A stretch of 32,000 nucleotides of DNA from Methanopyrus kandleri AV19. GTDB taxonomy: Archaea; JAADCQ01; Methanopyri; Methanopyrales; Methanopyraceae. The position numbers were made by a program, and so were the translations under genes. Position 1 is the first letter of the stretch. Each line of letters begins with the position of its first letter. The notes beneath the pieces were generated by a model. It was not told where the DNA came from. It ran no database searches and saw only the letters and a list, made by a program, of their open reading frames with translations. The stretch is from NCBI RefSeq assembly GCF_000007185.1, contig NC_003551.1, forward strand, positions 799,646 to 831,645, read 5' to 3'. Positions 8,736 to 16,639 of the stretch are shown here, piece by piece.

Positions 8736-10103
8736 CTACCCCCAAATGCACCTGGCTACGTCCGTGAACGTCACTATCCGGGACACGACCACCCCGTGGC
8801 GCCTCAGCTGCTTCACCATAGAAGGTACGAGATTCACCTCACGATCGACCTCGGCTCCCAGTTCGACCCGGTAGACGCTCCCCATCTTTTTGACGCCGAG
8901 AACTCCCACCACACCGTCAGTCGACTTCAGGGCTTCGGTTAAGTCGCGGGGGGAACCGTACAGGACTCGCAGCTCCAGGATGTACCCGCGAATTTTGCGG
9001 ACCCTCGCTTTGGGAACCTGGAGTTTGACACCGCGCTTCGTTTTCACACAGGCCGTTACGCGGCCGTCGGTGACGCGGATAGAAACCGCTTCCACTCCTG
9101 GAATTCGCGACAGTTCGGCGCGTACCTCCGCGGGGTCCCCGTTCGACACGTCGACCCGGTAGTAATCGTGCTCCGATGCCAGCCCTAGTGTGGAGCGCAG
9201 CGGTTCCGCTACGGGGAGGTGGGGCACGAGCATGCCGAGTAGGCACAACGATACCGCCAGTGTGCTCCTTCGGGTGATCCTGTCGACCGTGGACGGGAGC
9301 AGAGAGGATAGGAAAGCCGTCCAGAGGTACGTCAACGTATGATACGCCGGTAAGTAGAACAGGACTTGGCGGAACGCGTCCAGACCTCCTAACACCCCGA
9401 GCGAGGCTATCGGTGGGGCGACGGTTCTAATCCTCGAAGCTAGGAGTATCGACAGGCCCACGACGGACGGGTTCGCCAGCGGTCCGCCGTCCAAGCACCC
9501 TAGGCAGAGCAGGGACCCGGCGATCGACAAGACGATGGCCTTCTCGGTCCGGTCGGCTCGTAAAGGTACTATCCACGCCAGTACGACGTAAGCTATCGCC
9601 AGCAGGGCGAGTACTGGGAGTGGTACCCACGGTGGTAGCACGAACGACAGGGGTACGCCGCAGTGGAATTCGATCTTAGGCTCACCGAATATTGCCGAAA
9701 TCAGCGCTCCGAGACACGCTTTCACGGCGTGACAGTGGTAAAAGGAGGACGTCTCTGGACGCTCCGTCAGCGTGACTATACAGGTACCTAAGCCCGGGTT
9801 GAACCCGGCTTCATATATCATCAGTAGCTGGAGCGCCGGAGGCACCGCTAGGATGGCTGCCATCAGCGCGTACGTCACCCACGTATCGATTTTCGGGAGG
9901 GGAATGCGTGAACGGTACGGGAGCACGAGGAAAAGCAGGCCGAGGTGTAGGAGGAGCATAACGTCCTTGGCTTCGGTTGACCCCAATATCATCGGGTAGA
10001 GCGCATCGTGTATCCTCCACTTGATCTCGGAGTCGGAGATCAGAACTACGGCGGCCAGTGTGAAACACACGGCTGATAATAGAATCGGCCCACGGACTCT
10101 CAC
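8736..10103 (-). CDS. Polytopic membrane domain fused to two C-terminal alpha/beta domains (uncharacterised; fused paralogue of the 10774-11625 + 10157-10780 gene pair)
   Basis: 455 aa. About 300 aa are hydrophobic and carry YPMILGSTEAKDVMLLLHLGL, HCHAVKACLG and LGCLDGGPLANP. A soluble tail follows (YYRVDVSNGDPAEVRAELSRIPGV...GSVYRVELGAEV...). It ends 6 nt before the metG start. Confidence 0.7.
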   Translation of the reverse strand: MRVRGPILLSAVCFTLAAVVLISDSEIKWRIHDALYPMILGSTEAKDVMLLLHLGLLFLVLPYRSRIPLPKIDTWVTYALMAAILAVPPALQLLMIYEAGFNPGLGTCIVTLTERPETSSFYHCHAVKACLGALISAIFGEPKIEFHCGVPLSFVLPPWVPLPVLALLAIAYVVLAWIVPLRADRTEKAIVLSIAGSLLCLGCLDGGPLANPSVVGLSILLASRIRTVAPPIASLGVLGGLDAFRQVLFYLPAYHTLTYLWTAFLSSLLPSTVDRITRRSTLAVSLCLLGMLVPHLPVAEPLRSTLGLASEHDYYRVDVSNGDPAEVRAELSRIPGVEAVSIRVTDGRVTACVKTKRGVKLQVPKARVRKIRGYILELRVLYGSPRDLTEALKSTDGVVGVLGVKKMGSVYRVELGAEVDREVNLVPSMVKQLRRHGVVVSRIVTFTDVARCIWG

Positions 10104-10156
10104 CGTCGGTTTGCCCGTCGTCCCGTCTTTCCCTATCGCCTATTAACGTTCCCTGG

Positions 10157-10780
10157 TCATAGAACGTATCCCCACTTCACCGGCGTCACGTTGGCGACCC
10201 CCACAGGCTTCAGACCTGCTAGCTTCAGTGCGCCGGTAACCGAGTAAGCCACCGGGTACTCCTCCTCTAACGAGGCGACCTCGAATACGTACACCGACCC
10301 GCGGCGCTCCACTTTGAATATGGCGAGAATCGTCGGGGCACTCGCCACCTTGCGTGCAGCTACACTTGCCGGGATCTTCGGATCCTCTACGGCGACTTCA
10401 ACCACATAAGCGTTCACGGAGTTCAAGAACACTGCCGGAGCTTTTCCGAGTCCCGCTTTCCTTAACGCCTGACTCAGTTCCTGCGCTATATCGTACTTCG
10501 ACACCGGAGTGGGCGCCTTCACTATGATGTACGCGTCACACGATGAAGGTGCTGTCCTGATCCCTCCCACCCTGATCACGTAAGGACACTTGAGCAGTGC
10601 CCGCTTGACATCCCCTGGCTCCACCGATCCCTTGACGTTCGTGATCGCTACGTGATAACACCCGACTCTGGCTCCCTTTGAAGAGATCGACCACTGGTAA
10701 GTTATCACTCCCATCAACGCACCGATAAAGATCGCCGAGATGAGCAGGACGGCTACGATCTTAGTCCTCAACACTACCAC
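10157..10780 (-). CDS. Signal-anchored protein with two alpha/beta (ferredoxin-like pattern) domains; paralogue of the C-terminal part of 8736-10103
   Basis: The ORF opens at 10828. GTG 10780 and GTG 10774 overlap the TAG stop (10774-10776) of the upstream membrane gene, a translational-coupling geometry. One TM helix is followed by CYHVAITNVKGSVEPGDVKRALLKCPYV...RRGSVYVFEVASLEEE. Confidence 0.65.
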   Translation of the reverse strand: MVVLRTKIVAVLLISAIFIGALMGVITYQWSISSKGARVGCYHVAITNVKGSVEPGDVKRALLKCPYVIRVGGIRTAPSSCDAYIIVKAPTPVSKYDIAQELSQALRKAGLGKAPAVFLNSVNAYVVEVAVEDPKIPASVAARKVASAPTILAIFKVERRGSVYVFEVASLEEEYPVAYSVTGALKLAGLKPVGVANVTPVKWGYVL

Positions 10781-11625
10781 CCCTGTCCCCTGGCGATCGC
10801 GGTCATCAGGAGGAGGGCCACCGCCCATACTACGGAGTTAGGAGCTAACGGGGACGTCAGGTACCAGACCACACGGATCGTCGCCTGAAGGAGCATCGGT
10901 GTCAGGCCGATGAGAACGGCGATGATCACGTATCGTCGTACGGGAAGCGGTCCTAACGCCCACACGATGAGCATCCCTAGTCCGATAACCATCGGTTTAC
11001 ACATGAACCCACCATCTACGGCTCCGAGCACTACGAGAAATCCCGCCCATGATAGCAGTAGCGATTCGGCTGCACTCCCGCGCTCGTGGAACACGGCTAA
11101 TGGTGACAGGATGGCTAAGATCACGTAGGATGCGATTACGGCGGCAGTGAAGATCACGGCGGCCCACGTGGGCATGAACTTGGACAAAACGGATCCATAA
11201 TGGTACTTAGTCGGAATCGGACCTATAACGTAGTTCATGACCTTCCCTACGCACGCCTTGAGGGAGTGGGTGTGAGTCAGCGAGGAGGTCTCACCGACCG
11301 ACGACCCCCCGGACACGACGACCAAAGTGCCAGCTTTCAGGCCGTACGGGGTGTTGTATTGCAGTATCATCTGAGCCAGGTAGGGGCTCGTAAGGATCAG
11401 GAGCGCGAGGCATAATATCAATCTCCCCGAAGCGAGGACCTCGATCCATCGGCTCGGTATCGAAGGGGATGACCAGAGCAATAGGCACATCAGCCCGAGG
11501 TGGGCTAGTAGTATAGCTGGTTTGGCCTCCGTGGATCCCGTTAAAAGTGGGTAGAAAAACTTCCTGAAAATCCCGTCGAGAGGCGTATCGGCCAGAATAA
11601 GGGTGGCAGAGATCGAGAGTAACAC
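10774..11625 (-). CDS. Polytopic membrane protein (uncharacterised; paralogue of the N-terminal part of 8736-10103)
   Basis: 283 aa with about 8 hydrophobic segments. It shares YPLLTGSTEAKPAILLAHLGL, HTHSLKACVG, YHYGSVLSKFMPTW and LGAVDGGFMCKP with the 455-aa protein, in the same order. Confidence 0.7.
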   Translation of the reverse strand: MLLSISATLILADTPLDGIFRKFFYPLLTGSTEAKPAILLAHLGLMCLLLWSSPSIPSRWIEVLASGRLILCLALLILTSPYLAQMILQYNTPYGLKAGTLVVVSGGSSVGETSSLTHTHSLKACVGKVMNYVIGPIPTKYHYGSVLSKFMPTWAAVIFTAAVIASYVILAILSPLAVFHERGSAAESLLLSWAGFLVVLGAVDGGFMCKPMVIGLGMLIVWALGPLPVRRYVIIAVLIGLTPMLLQATIRVVWYLTSPLAPNSVVWAVALLLMTAIARGQGW

Positions 11626-11647
11626 GAGCGATGCAGCGAAGTAGAGA

Positions 11648-12619
11648 TTACCCGACTTCGAGGATCTCTTCGACGATCTCCGCGACGGCGCTTCGCCCCC
11701 TTCTTATGAGCCACTCTCCACGTGGCTTGCGGGCCATCTGGACGGCGTCCTCCGCACCGGAGCTTTCGCTTAAGTACATTACCGGTACGCCGGACTCTTC
11801 GGCGATCCAATGGCTCAGGTGTTTGGGATGCACTTCCGACACCTTCACGGCCTTCTTCGCCACCACACAGGCTTCTATCGTGACCCCGAACCCTCCGGCG
11901 AACACTACCGTATCGGCCAGCATCATTACTCCGGGTAAATCCACGAATTCCCGAACGCACTCGAAGCCCTCTGGAGGGCTTACCCTGAACGGCACCACCA
12001 CAGGATCGTGGTCCTCGAGATCGGAGAGCAGTCGTCGGGCTCCTTCCTCCGTGATGTCGCCACCCAAACATACCAGTACGCGACCTTCGTACTCTTCCGG
12101 TACGGGTCCCGGAATACGACCGGATAGGTGGCGGTCCGCTAGGTACTGGGCCAACGGTGCCCCGGAAACCACCTTAGTCTCAACTCCCACCCGTCGTTTG
12201 AGTACCTCCGCCCACTTCTCCGAGAACGGCACCAGCACACGCGTCGCCCATCGGACGGCTTCCACGGGGTTGTACACGTCCATCTCTAAGTGTACGGAGG
12301 GGATCCCTAGCATCCGAGATGCTATCAGAGACTTCCTGGCGTCCCCGGTGTTACCGGATGAAAGTACCACGGAAGCACGCTCCGACGCCAAAGCCCGTAC
12401 CGTCCGTATTAAGTCAACGGAGAACCCTACGTACCCAAGTAATCCTTGTCTCCGTCGGGGCTTTCCTAACTGCTTCGTCTCGATACCTTCCCATTTCAGT
12501 ATCTCGACTCCACGCCCGTGTCCGTATACTGTTACTTCCCACCCTTCCTCCAGGAGTCGCTCCCACACCGGGAGGAGGTTCTTGGCCGGGGACGGTTCTA
12601 CGAGACTGAAAGCTTTCAT
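11648..12619 (-). CDS. GT-B-fold protein (MurG / UDP-GlcNAc 2-epimerase-like, DUF354-type pattern)
   Basis: The ORF opens at 12667. ATG 12619 (MKAFSLVEPSPAKNLLPVWERLLEEGWEV...) lies 4 nt after the hisB stop. It shows a two-Rossmann-lobe pattern: ...VVLSSGNTGDARKSLIASRMLGIPSVHLE... and ...VLVCLGGD...ADTVVFAGGFGVTIEA. The assignment is pattern-level only. Confidence 0.6.
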   Translation of the reverse strand: MKAFSLVEPSPAKNLLPVWERLLEEGWEVTVYGHGRGVEILKWEGIETKQLGKPRRRQGLLGYVGFSVDLIRTVRALASERASVVLSSGNTGDARKSLIASRMLGIPSVHLEMDVYNPVEAVRWATRVLVPFSEKWAEVLKRRVGVETKVVSGAPLAQYLADRHLSGRIPGPVPEEYEGRVLVCLGGDITEEGARRLLSDLEDHDPVVVPFRVSPPEGFECVREFVDLPGVMMLADTVVFAGGFGVTIEACVVAKKAVKVSEVHPKHLSHWIAEESGVPVMYLSESSGAEDAVQMARKPRGEWLIRRGRSAVAEIVEEILEVG

Positions 12620-12623
12620 CCGC

Positions 12624-13229
12624 TCACCCGCGTCGGAGCGTTCCCTTAGTGGATGGCACTCCGTCACCGACGATTTCCTTCGCTGCGCCGAGTGCGCGGC
12701 CTACGGCCTTAAACATGGCTTCGATGGCGTGATGGTCGTTGTCCCACCACCGTACCACCACATGCATGGTTACGCCGGCGTGGTCGCAGAAGCTTTTCCA
12801 GAAGTGCGAGACGTTCTCCGTGGATAATGGAGGAGAACCGATTCTATTGCGTCGGGGTCGGTACCCCTTTAAGACGAAGTAAGGCCTTCCGGAGATATCT
12901 ACAGCACATTCTACTAGCGCTTCATCCATAGGTACCAGTGCCCATGCGATCCGTCGGATACCCTCGCGATCTCCGAGTGCTTCGTTCAAGGCTTTACCCA
13001 GGCATATACCGACGTCCTCGACGGTGTGATGATCGTCGACCTCTAGGTCGCCTCGGGCTTTGATCTCAACATCTATACGTCCGTGAAAGGCGAACTGGTG
13101 CAGGAGGTGGTCGAAAAACGGAAGACCGGTGTCGACCTTAGCGCGACCGGATCCGTCTAGGTTCACGCTCACCTCAACTTCCGTTTCCTTCGTCGTACGC
13201 TTGACATCCGCCGTCCGCACCGAGTTCAC
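12624..13229 (-). CDS. hisB: Imidazoleglycerol-phosphate dehydratase
   Basis: RTTKETEVEVSVNLDGSG...VDTGLPFFDHLLHQFAFHGRIDVEIKARGDLEVDDHHTVEDVGICLG...DNDHHAIEAMFKAVGRAL carries both HisB metal-binding histidine motifs. The ORF opens at 13322. GTG 13229 or GTG 13220 gives the usual length of about 200 aa and removes the overlap with the divergent 13294 gene. Confidence 0.93.
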   Translation of the reverse strand: MNSVRTADVKRTTKETEVEVSVNLDGSGRAKVDTGLPFFDHLLHQFAFHGRIDVEIKARGDLEVDDHHTVEDVGICLGKALNEALGDREGIRRIAWALVPMDEALVECAVDISGRPYFVLKGYRPRRNRIGSPPLSTENVSHFWKSFCDHAGVTMHVVVRWWDNDHHAIEAMFKAVGRALGAAKEIVGDGVPSTKGTLRRG

Positions 13230-13293
13230 CCCATCGCAAACGTCGGTTGGTGGCGGTAAATAGCACGGACGTGCGGCCCGATCTAGGGTCCCC

Positions 13294-13638
13294 ATGGAGA
13301 GGACGGTTTCCATCGTCTGCATCGTCCTAGGTGCCGCGTTACTTTGGATGTCTTCCGGTGCTTCTCATCAGGTGGTCGGGGCGAGAGAGTTGCAGTCGAC
13401 CGATGACGGAACATTAGTAAGGGTCAAAGGCGAGGTGCTGCAGGTGAACGTAGTGAGCGACGGCGCGGAAGTTGTCGTTCTAGACGCGGGGGACGGGACG
13501 GTGACCGTGTTCCTCAGTAGGGAAGCCGCAAGTACTTTGGCCCCGACTCCTGGGGAATCGCTGGAAGTGGTAGGAAGAGTTGAAGAGTATCGAGGGCGGA
13601 AGGAAGTCCGTGTGGATTCGCCGGTACGTGCCCGCTAA
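13294..13638 (+). CDS. Signal-anchored OB-fold protein (tRNA_anti/nucleic-acid-binding OB pattern)
   Basis: 114 aa. An N-terminal hydrophobic helix (IVCIVLGAALLWM) is followed by LVRVKGEVLQVNVVSDGAEVVVLDAGDGTVTVFL...GESLEVVGRVEEYRGRKEVRV, a typical five-strand OB layout. Confidence 0.55.
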   Translation: MERTVSIVCIVLGAALLWMSSGASHQVVGARELQSTDDGTLVRVKGEVLQVNVVSDGAEVVVLDAGDGTVTVFLSREAASTLAPTPGESLEVVGRVEEYRGRKEVRVDSPVRAR

Positions 13639-14425
13639 GGCTCTCATCGTCGTGATCATCACGACGTTAACGGTCCCGTATTTCGTGTTCTACGGTAAGC
13701 CGCGCGGTCCCGGGTACCCTACGGAGCTGTACGGATACCGGATCGTACTGGAAGATCCGGCGCTCGCGGTAGTGGACGTGGAACCCAGACGGACCCTGCT
13801 GTTCAGACACACGCTTACGGTGTCCGATGAAGGTTGGTCCGTACATCCTGTCTTCGATATACCTCCCCTGATATTCGTGCGCGCGGAGCGCATGGATACT
13901 CTTGAAACGGTTAAGAGGAACTTGTGGGCGGTTGTACTACAGGAGGGAGCTGGACGGGTGTTCATGCCCGACGAGTTCGTTGAGGGTGGCGTTCCGGGAC
14001 TCATCACAGGCATCGCCGGCCAGGCTTGGGCCTGGAAACATCTGAAATGGGCCAGAGAGTTCGGAGTTATTCACGGGCTACGTCGGTACGCTAAGGAGGT
14101 CGGACCCGAGCGCATTTCCACTGCCATCTTAGAGGAGTATAGGAGAGCACCGTGGCGGGCGATCCTAGATTTCTGTGACATGATGAAGAACAGTGACGTA
14201 GGGAGGTTCCTGCGCTCACGTGGGCTTTCCTTCCGGGATTTCCTCACCAGTAAAGATCCGAAACTAGTAGCGGAGGTCCTAGTCGTGTTGGACCTGGGAA
14301 GGCTCGACGAGCGAGTAGTCGATGAAAGAATACGGTACGTGTTGGATGCGAGGGCTTACCCCATCCCCGAGTCGGAAGAAAAGATCGTGGATAAGGCGGC
14401 GCGTGAGCTGCTTCGTCATGGATGA
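13580..14425 (+). CDS. Hypothetical membrane-anchored protein
   Basis: 281-aa ORF with one N-terminal TM helix (ALIVVIITTLTVPYFVF) and no motif I recognise. The start is uncertain: GTG 13610 or GTG 13628 would shorten the overlap with the preceding OB-fold gene. The 3' end overlaps the convergent tfb by 10 nt. Confidence 0.5.
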   Translation: MKSIEGGRKSVWIRRYVPAKALIVVIITTLTVPYFVFYGKPRGPGYPTELYGYRIVLEDPALAVVDVEPRRTLLFRHTLTVSDEGWSVHPVFDIPPLIFVRAERMDTLETVKRNLWAVVLQEGAGRVFMPDEFVEGGVPGLITGIAGQAWAWKHLKWAREFGVIHGLRRYAKEVGPERISTAILEEYRRAPWRAILDFCDMMKNSDVGRFLRSRGLSFRDFLTSKDPKLVAEVLVVLDLGRLDERVVDERIRYVLDARAYPIPESEEKIVDKAARELLRHG

Positions 14426-15339
14426 AGCTCGATCCCGAGGGCTTCACAGATCTCCTTGTACCGGTTTCGGATCGTAACTTCCGTAACTCGAGCAACCTCC
14501 GCAATCTCCTTCTGAGTACGTCTCTCTCCCTCGAGGATGGACGCGATGTATAATGCGGCCGCGGCTACGCCGGCTGGCCCCTTACCCACGGTGATGCCTT
14601 TCTCCTTGGCCTTTTCGATGATCTCTTGAGCCTTAGCCTGGACGTTTTCGGAGACCCCTAACTTCGAGGCGAACCTGGGTAGGTGATCGGAGGGTTCAGT
14701 CGGTTTCTGCTTCAGGTTCAGCCGACGTTGCAGTACTCGATAAGCCCGGAGTATCTCGTTCTCATCCGAGACTCCGAGCGCCTCCGCGATCTCGCGGGCA
14801 GTCCGGGGCACGCGAGCTTCTTTACACGCGGCGAATACCGCCGCTCCCAAAACGCTCTCTATGCCGCGGCCACGCACGATCCCTTCTTTGTACGCCTTCC
14901 TGTATATCGAGGCGGCGAGTTCCCTGACCGACTCGGGTAACTGAAGCTTGGACGCGAGATTCTCCAGCTCCAGGAACGCCTGGAAAAAGTTCCTTTCCCG
15001 ACTTCCCGATACTTTGATACGTGCATCCCAGGTGCGAATGCGCCGCATCCGGGGGTTCTTTTTCCCACCGGAGTCGCGCAACTCCCGGTCTATAATCGTG
15101 GAGATGCCCTTATCCGGCAACCTCAGCTTGACGGGCTCTCCAGTTCGAGACCTCCGTTGTCTCTGGTCCGGGTTAAAGTGCCGCCACTCAGGGCCGGGAT
15201 CTATCACCGGGTCTTCCGTGACCAGTCCGCAATTCGCGCAGACGTACTCACCCCGCTCCTCATCGAAAACAATCTCTGCGGAACCACACGCCGGACATTC
15301 CTCCGTGAACTTCCCGGTGTTCCTTTCAGAAGCAGCCAT
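14416..15339 (-). CDS. tfb: Transcription initiation factor IIB (TFB)
   Basis: 307 aa. Zn-ribbon CPACGSAEIVFDEERGEYVCANCGLV, B-finger/linker DPGPEWRHF, two cyclin-fold repeats, and a C-terminal HTH (EIAEVARVTEVTIRNRYKEI). Confidence 0.96.
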   Translation of the reverse strand: MAASERNTGKFTEECPACGSAEIVFDEERGEYVCANCGLVTEDPVIDPGPEWRHFNPDQRQRRSRTGEPVKLRLPDKGISTIIDRELRDSGGKKNPRMRRIRTWDARIKVSGSRERNFFQAFLELENLASKLQLPESVRELAASIYRKAYKEGIVRGRGIESVLGAAVFAACKEARVPRTAREIAEALGVSDENEILRAYRVLQRRLNLKQKPTEPSDHLPRFASKLGVSENVQAKAQEIIEKAKEKGITVGKGPAGVAAAALYIASILEGERRTQKEIAEVARVTEVTIRNRYKEICEALGIELHP

Positions 15340-15354
15340 TCTCGATACACCCCA

Positions 15355-15639
15355 TCATCTGCGGCGGCGGGGCCGACCCCGCCGCCTGCGAGGAGGACGC
15401 CTTCGCCGTCGTCTGGGTGGTATGAAGAGCTCCTTCCCGACGAACCTCTCGAGGTGGTGGCGGGACTTATCTCGGATGGCCACGTAGGGCTTATCCGCGG
15501 GCCCAAAAACGTCCACAATAACACCTACACGCTCACGACGGCGAGTTACAACGGGCGCCCCTAACGGCGGTACGTGATCGGCCCTTGCGATCAGATTTCC
15601 CCGGGGCGTAACGTGGAGGGCGCGCCCCAGCCTGCGCAT
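15355..15639 (-). CDS. gar1: H/ACA RNP protein Gar1
   Basis: 94 aa. MRRLGRALHVTPRGNLIARADHVPPLGAPVV...RVGVIVDVFGPADKPYVAIR matches archaeal Gar1 (LG.v.H....g.li.r...vP.l...Vv...vG.v.DvFGPv..PYv.i). It ends 15 nt upstream of tfb, the usual gar1-tfb linkage. The C-terminal tail is Arg-rich. Confidence 0.9.
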   Translation of the reverse strand: MRRLGRALHVTPRGNLIARADHVPPLGAPVVTRRRERVGVIVDVFGPADKPYVAIRDKSRHHLERFVGKELFIPPRRRRRRPPRRRRGRPRRRR

Positions 15640-15676
15640 GACGACACCGCCTGTGTGTCATTGTTCAACTCGAAGG

Positions 15677-15689
15677 TTTTATTGTTTTT
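15677..15689 (-). promoter_or_regulatory. A/T-rich TATA-like element upstream of gar1-tfb
   Basis: The minus strand reads AAAAACAATAAAA, 38-50 nt upstream of the gar1 ATG (15639). It is the only A/T-rich stretch in the 77-nt gap. Confidence 0.3.
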
Positions 15690-15716
15690 GGCACTCTAGA
15701 GCCCACGACTCAGACT

Positions 15717-16190
15717 TCACCTGTTGGCACATTCCGAGCACACATCGAGTTTCTTGTTGCTCTTGAACTTCTTCCCACACACCTTACACGTACACTCGTA
15801 CAGCTTTGCTCGCTTACCCTCGAGCTCGGCTTCCCTCTTGATCCGGCATGTCCTCTCCAGCTCTCGACGGAGGTAGAACCAGGTATCACCGAACACATCC
15901 CTGCCACGCATTACTACTCTCCTGGCGACCTCGAGTCCATCGCCGTCTCCATGCATAGCACGTACCATGGCACTCAAGAACTGGCGCTCTCGGTACCTGT
16001 AAAGGTCTATAGCGTCGTTGGGGCAGACGCGCACGCACTCATCGCAAGCGTCGCAGGCCTCCAGGTCCGCGATGACCACCTCTTCGCCCTTGATTTTCAA
16101 CACTCCTCTCTCACAAACTTCCACACAGAGCGCACAGGAGGCTCCCTCACATCTGGTCCGGTCGATCTCGATCCGACGGACTACCTGCAC
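15717..16190 (-). CDS. 4Fe-4S dicluster (ferredoxin-type) domain protein with C-terminal Cys4 zinc-ribbon
   Basis: The ORF opens at 16298. GTG 16190, preceded by GGGGGA, gives VQVVRRIEIDRTRCEGASCALCVEVCERG...CDACDECVRVCPNDAI (two cluster motifs). A roughly 70-aa linker follows, then CTCKVCGKKFKSNKKLDVCSEC. Confidence 0.7.
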   Translation of the reverse strand: MQVVRRIEIDRTRCEGASCALCVEVCERGVLKIKGEEVVIADLEACDACDECVRVCPNDAIDLYRYRERQFLSAMVRAMHGDGDGLEVARRVVMRGRDVFGDTWFYLRRELERTCRIKREAELEGKRAKLYECTCKVCGKKFKSNKKLDVCSECANR

Positions 16191-16216
16191 CGAGGCTCCC
16201 CCGGGGAGGATCGGAG

Positions 16217-16609
16217 TTGGACGTACGGGTTCGAGAGGATGACGGCGACGTGATCTTAGAGTTCTATGCGGAGGATGGCAAGTCGGTCGAAGTTTCAACG
16301 CGTGCGTTCTACACGGCAGTATACCTGAACCGTCAGGACCCTATCGAGAAAACGAAGGAGTTGTTCATTAAGGTCTCGAGGATCCTCGGCGAGGAGCAAC
16401 CCGAGATCTCGGTGCGGCGAGAGGAGGACCCTTCGGGTCACATCCTGAACCCGTGGGTGGCTAACTCGGAGGGTGCTGACGACGTATGGCCGCTGGTGTT
16501 CGAGGTGAGATCGAAGGACGGAGTGGCACGGGAGTTCACGTTACTTGTTCCCGTGAGGTTAGAGCGTCGACGACTCAGGGAGATACTTTTAAAAGTTTTC
16601 AGATCTTGA
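16217..16609 (+). CDS. Hypothetical small acidic protein
   Basis: 130 aa. The TTG start is preceded by GGGGAGGA. The composition looks coding (Glu/Val/Arg-rich like its neighbours). No recognised motif. Confidence 0.45.
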   Translation: MDVRVREDDGDVILEFYAEDGKSVEVSTRAFYTAVYLNRQDPIEKTKELFIKVSRILGEEQPEISVRREEDPSGHILNPWVANSEGADDVWPLVFEVRSKDGVAREFTLLVPVRLERRRLREILLKVFRS

Positions 16610-16639
16610 TCGTCGGGTTTCCACGGAGGTGATATCATC

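Noticed and set aside
8371-8942. Plus-strand ORFs of 167 aa and 122 aa across the metG 5' end and the neighbouring gene
   Set aside because: They are antisense to well-supported minus-strand genes and have low-complexity composition.
11631-12827. 398-aa plus-strand ORF
   Set aside because: It is a Ser/Thr/Pro-rich antisense shadow across the GT-B gene and the hisB 3' end, with no recognisable domain.
15355-15420. Arg-rich C-terminal tail of Gar1 (PPRRRRRRPPRRRRGRPRRRR), considered as a eukaryote-like GAR domain
   Set aside because: Other archaeal Gar1 proteins have Lys-rich basic tails. In a high-GC genome the Arg codons are the compositional equivalent. There are no RGG repeats.
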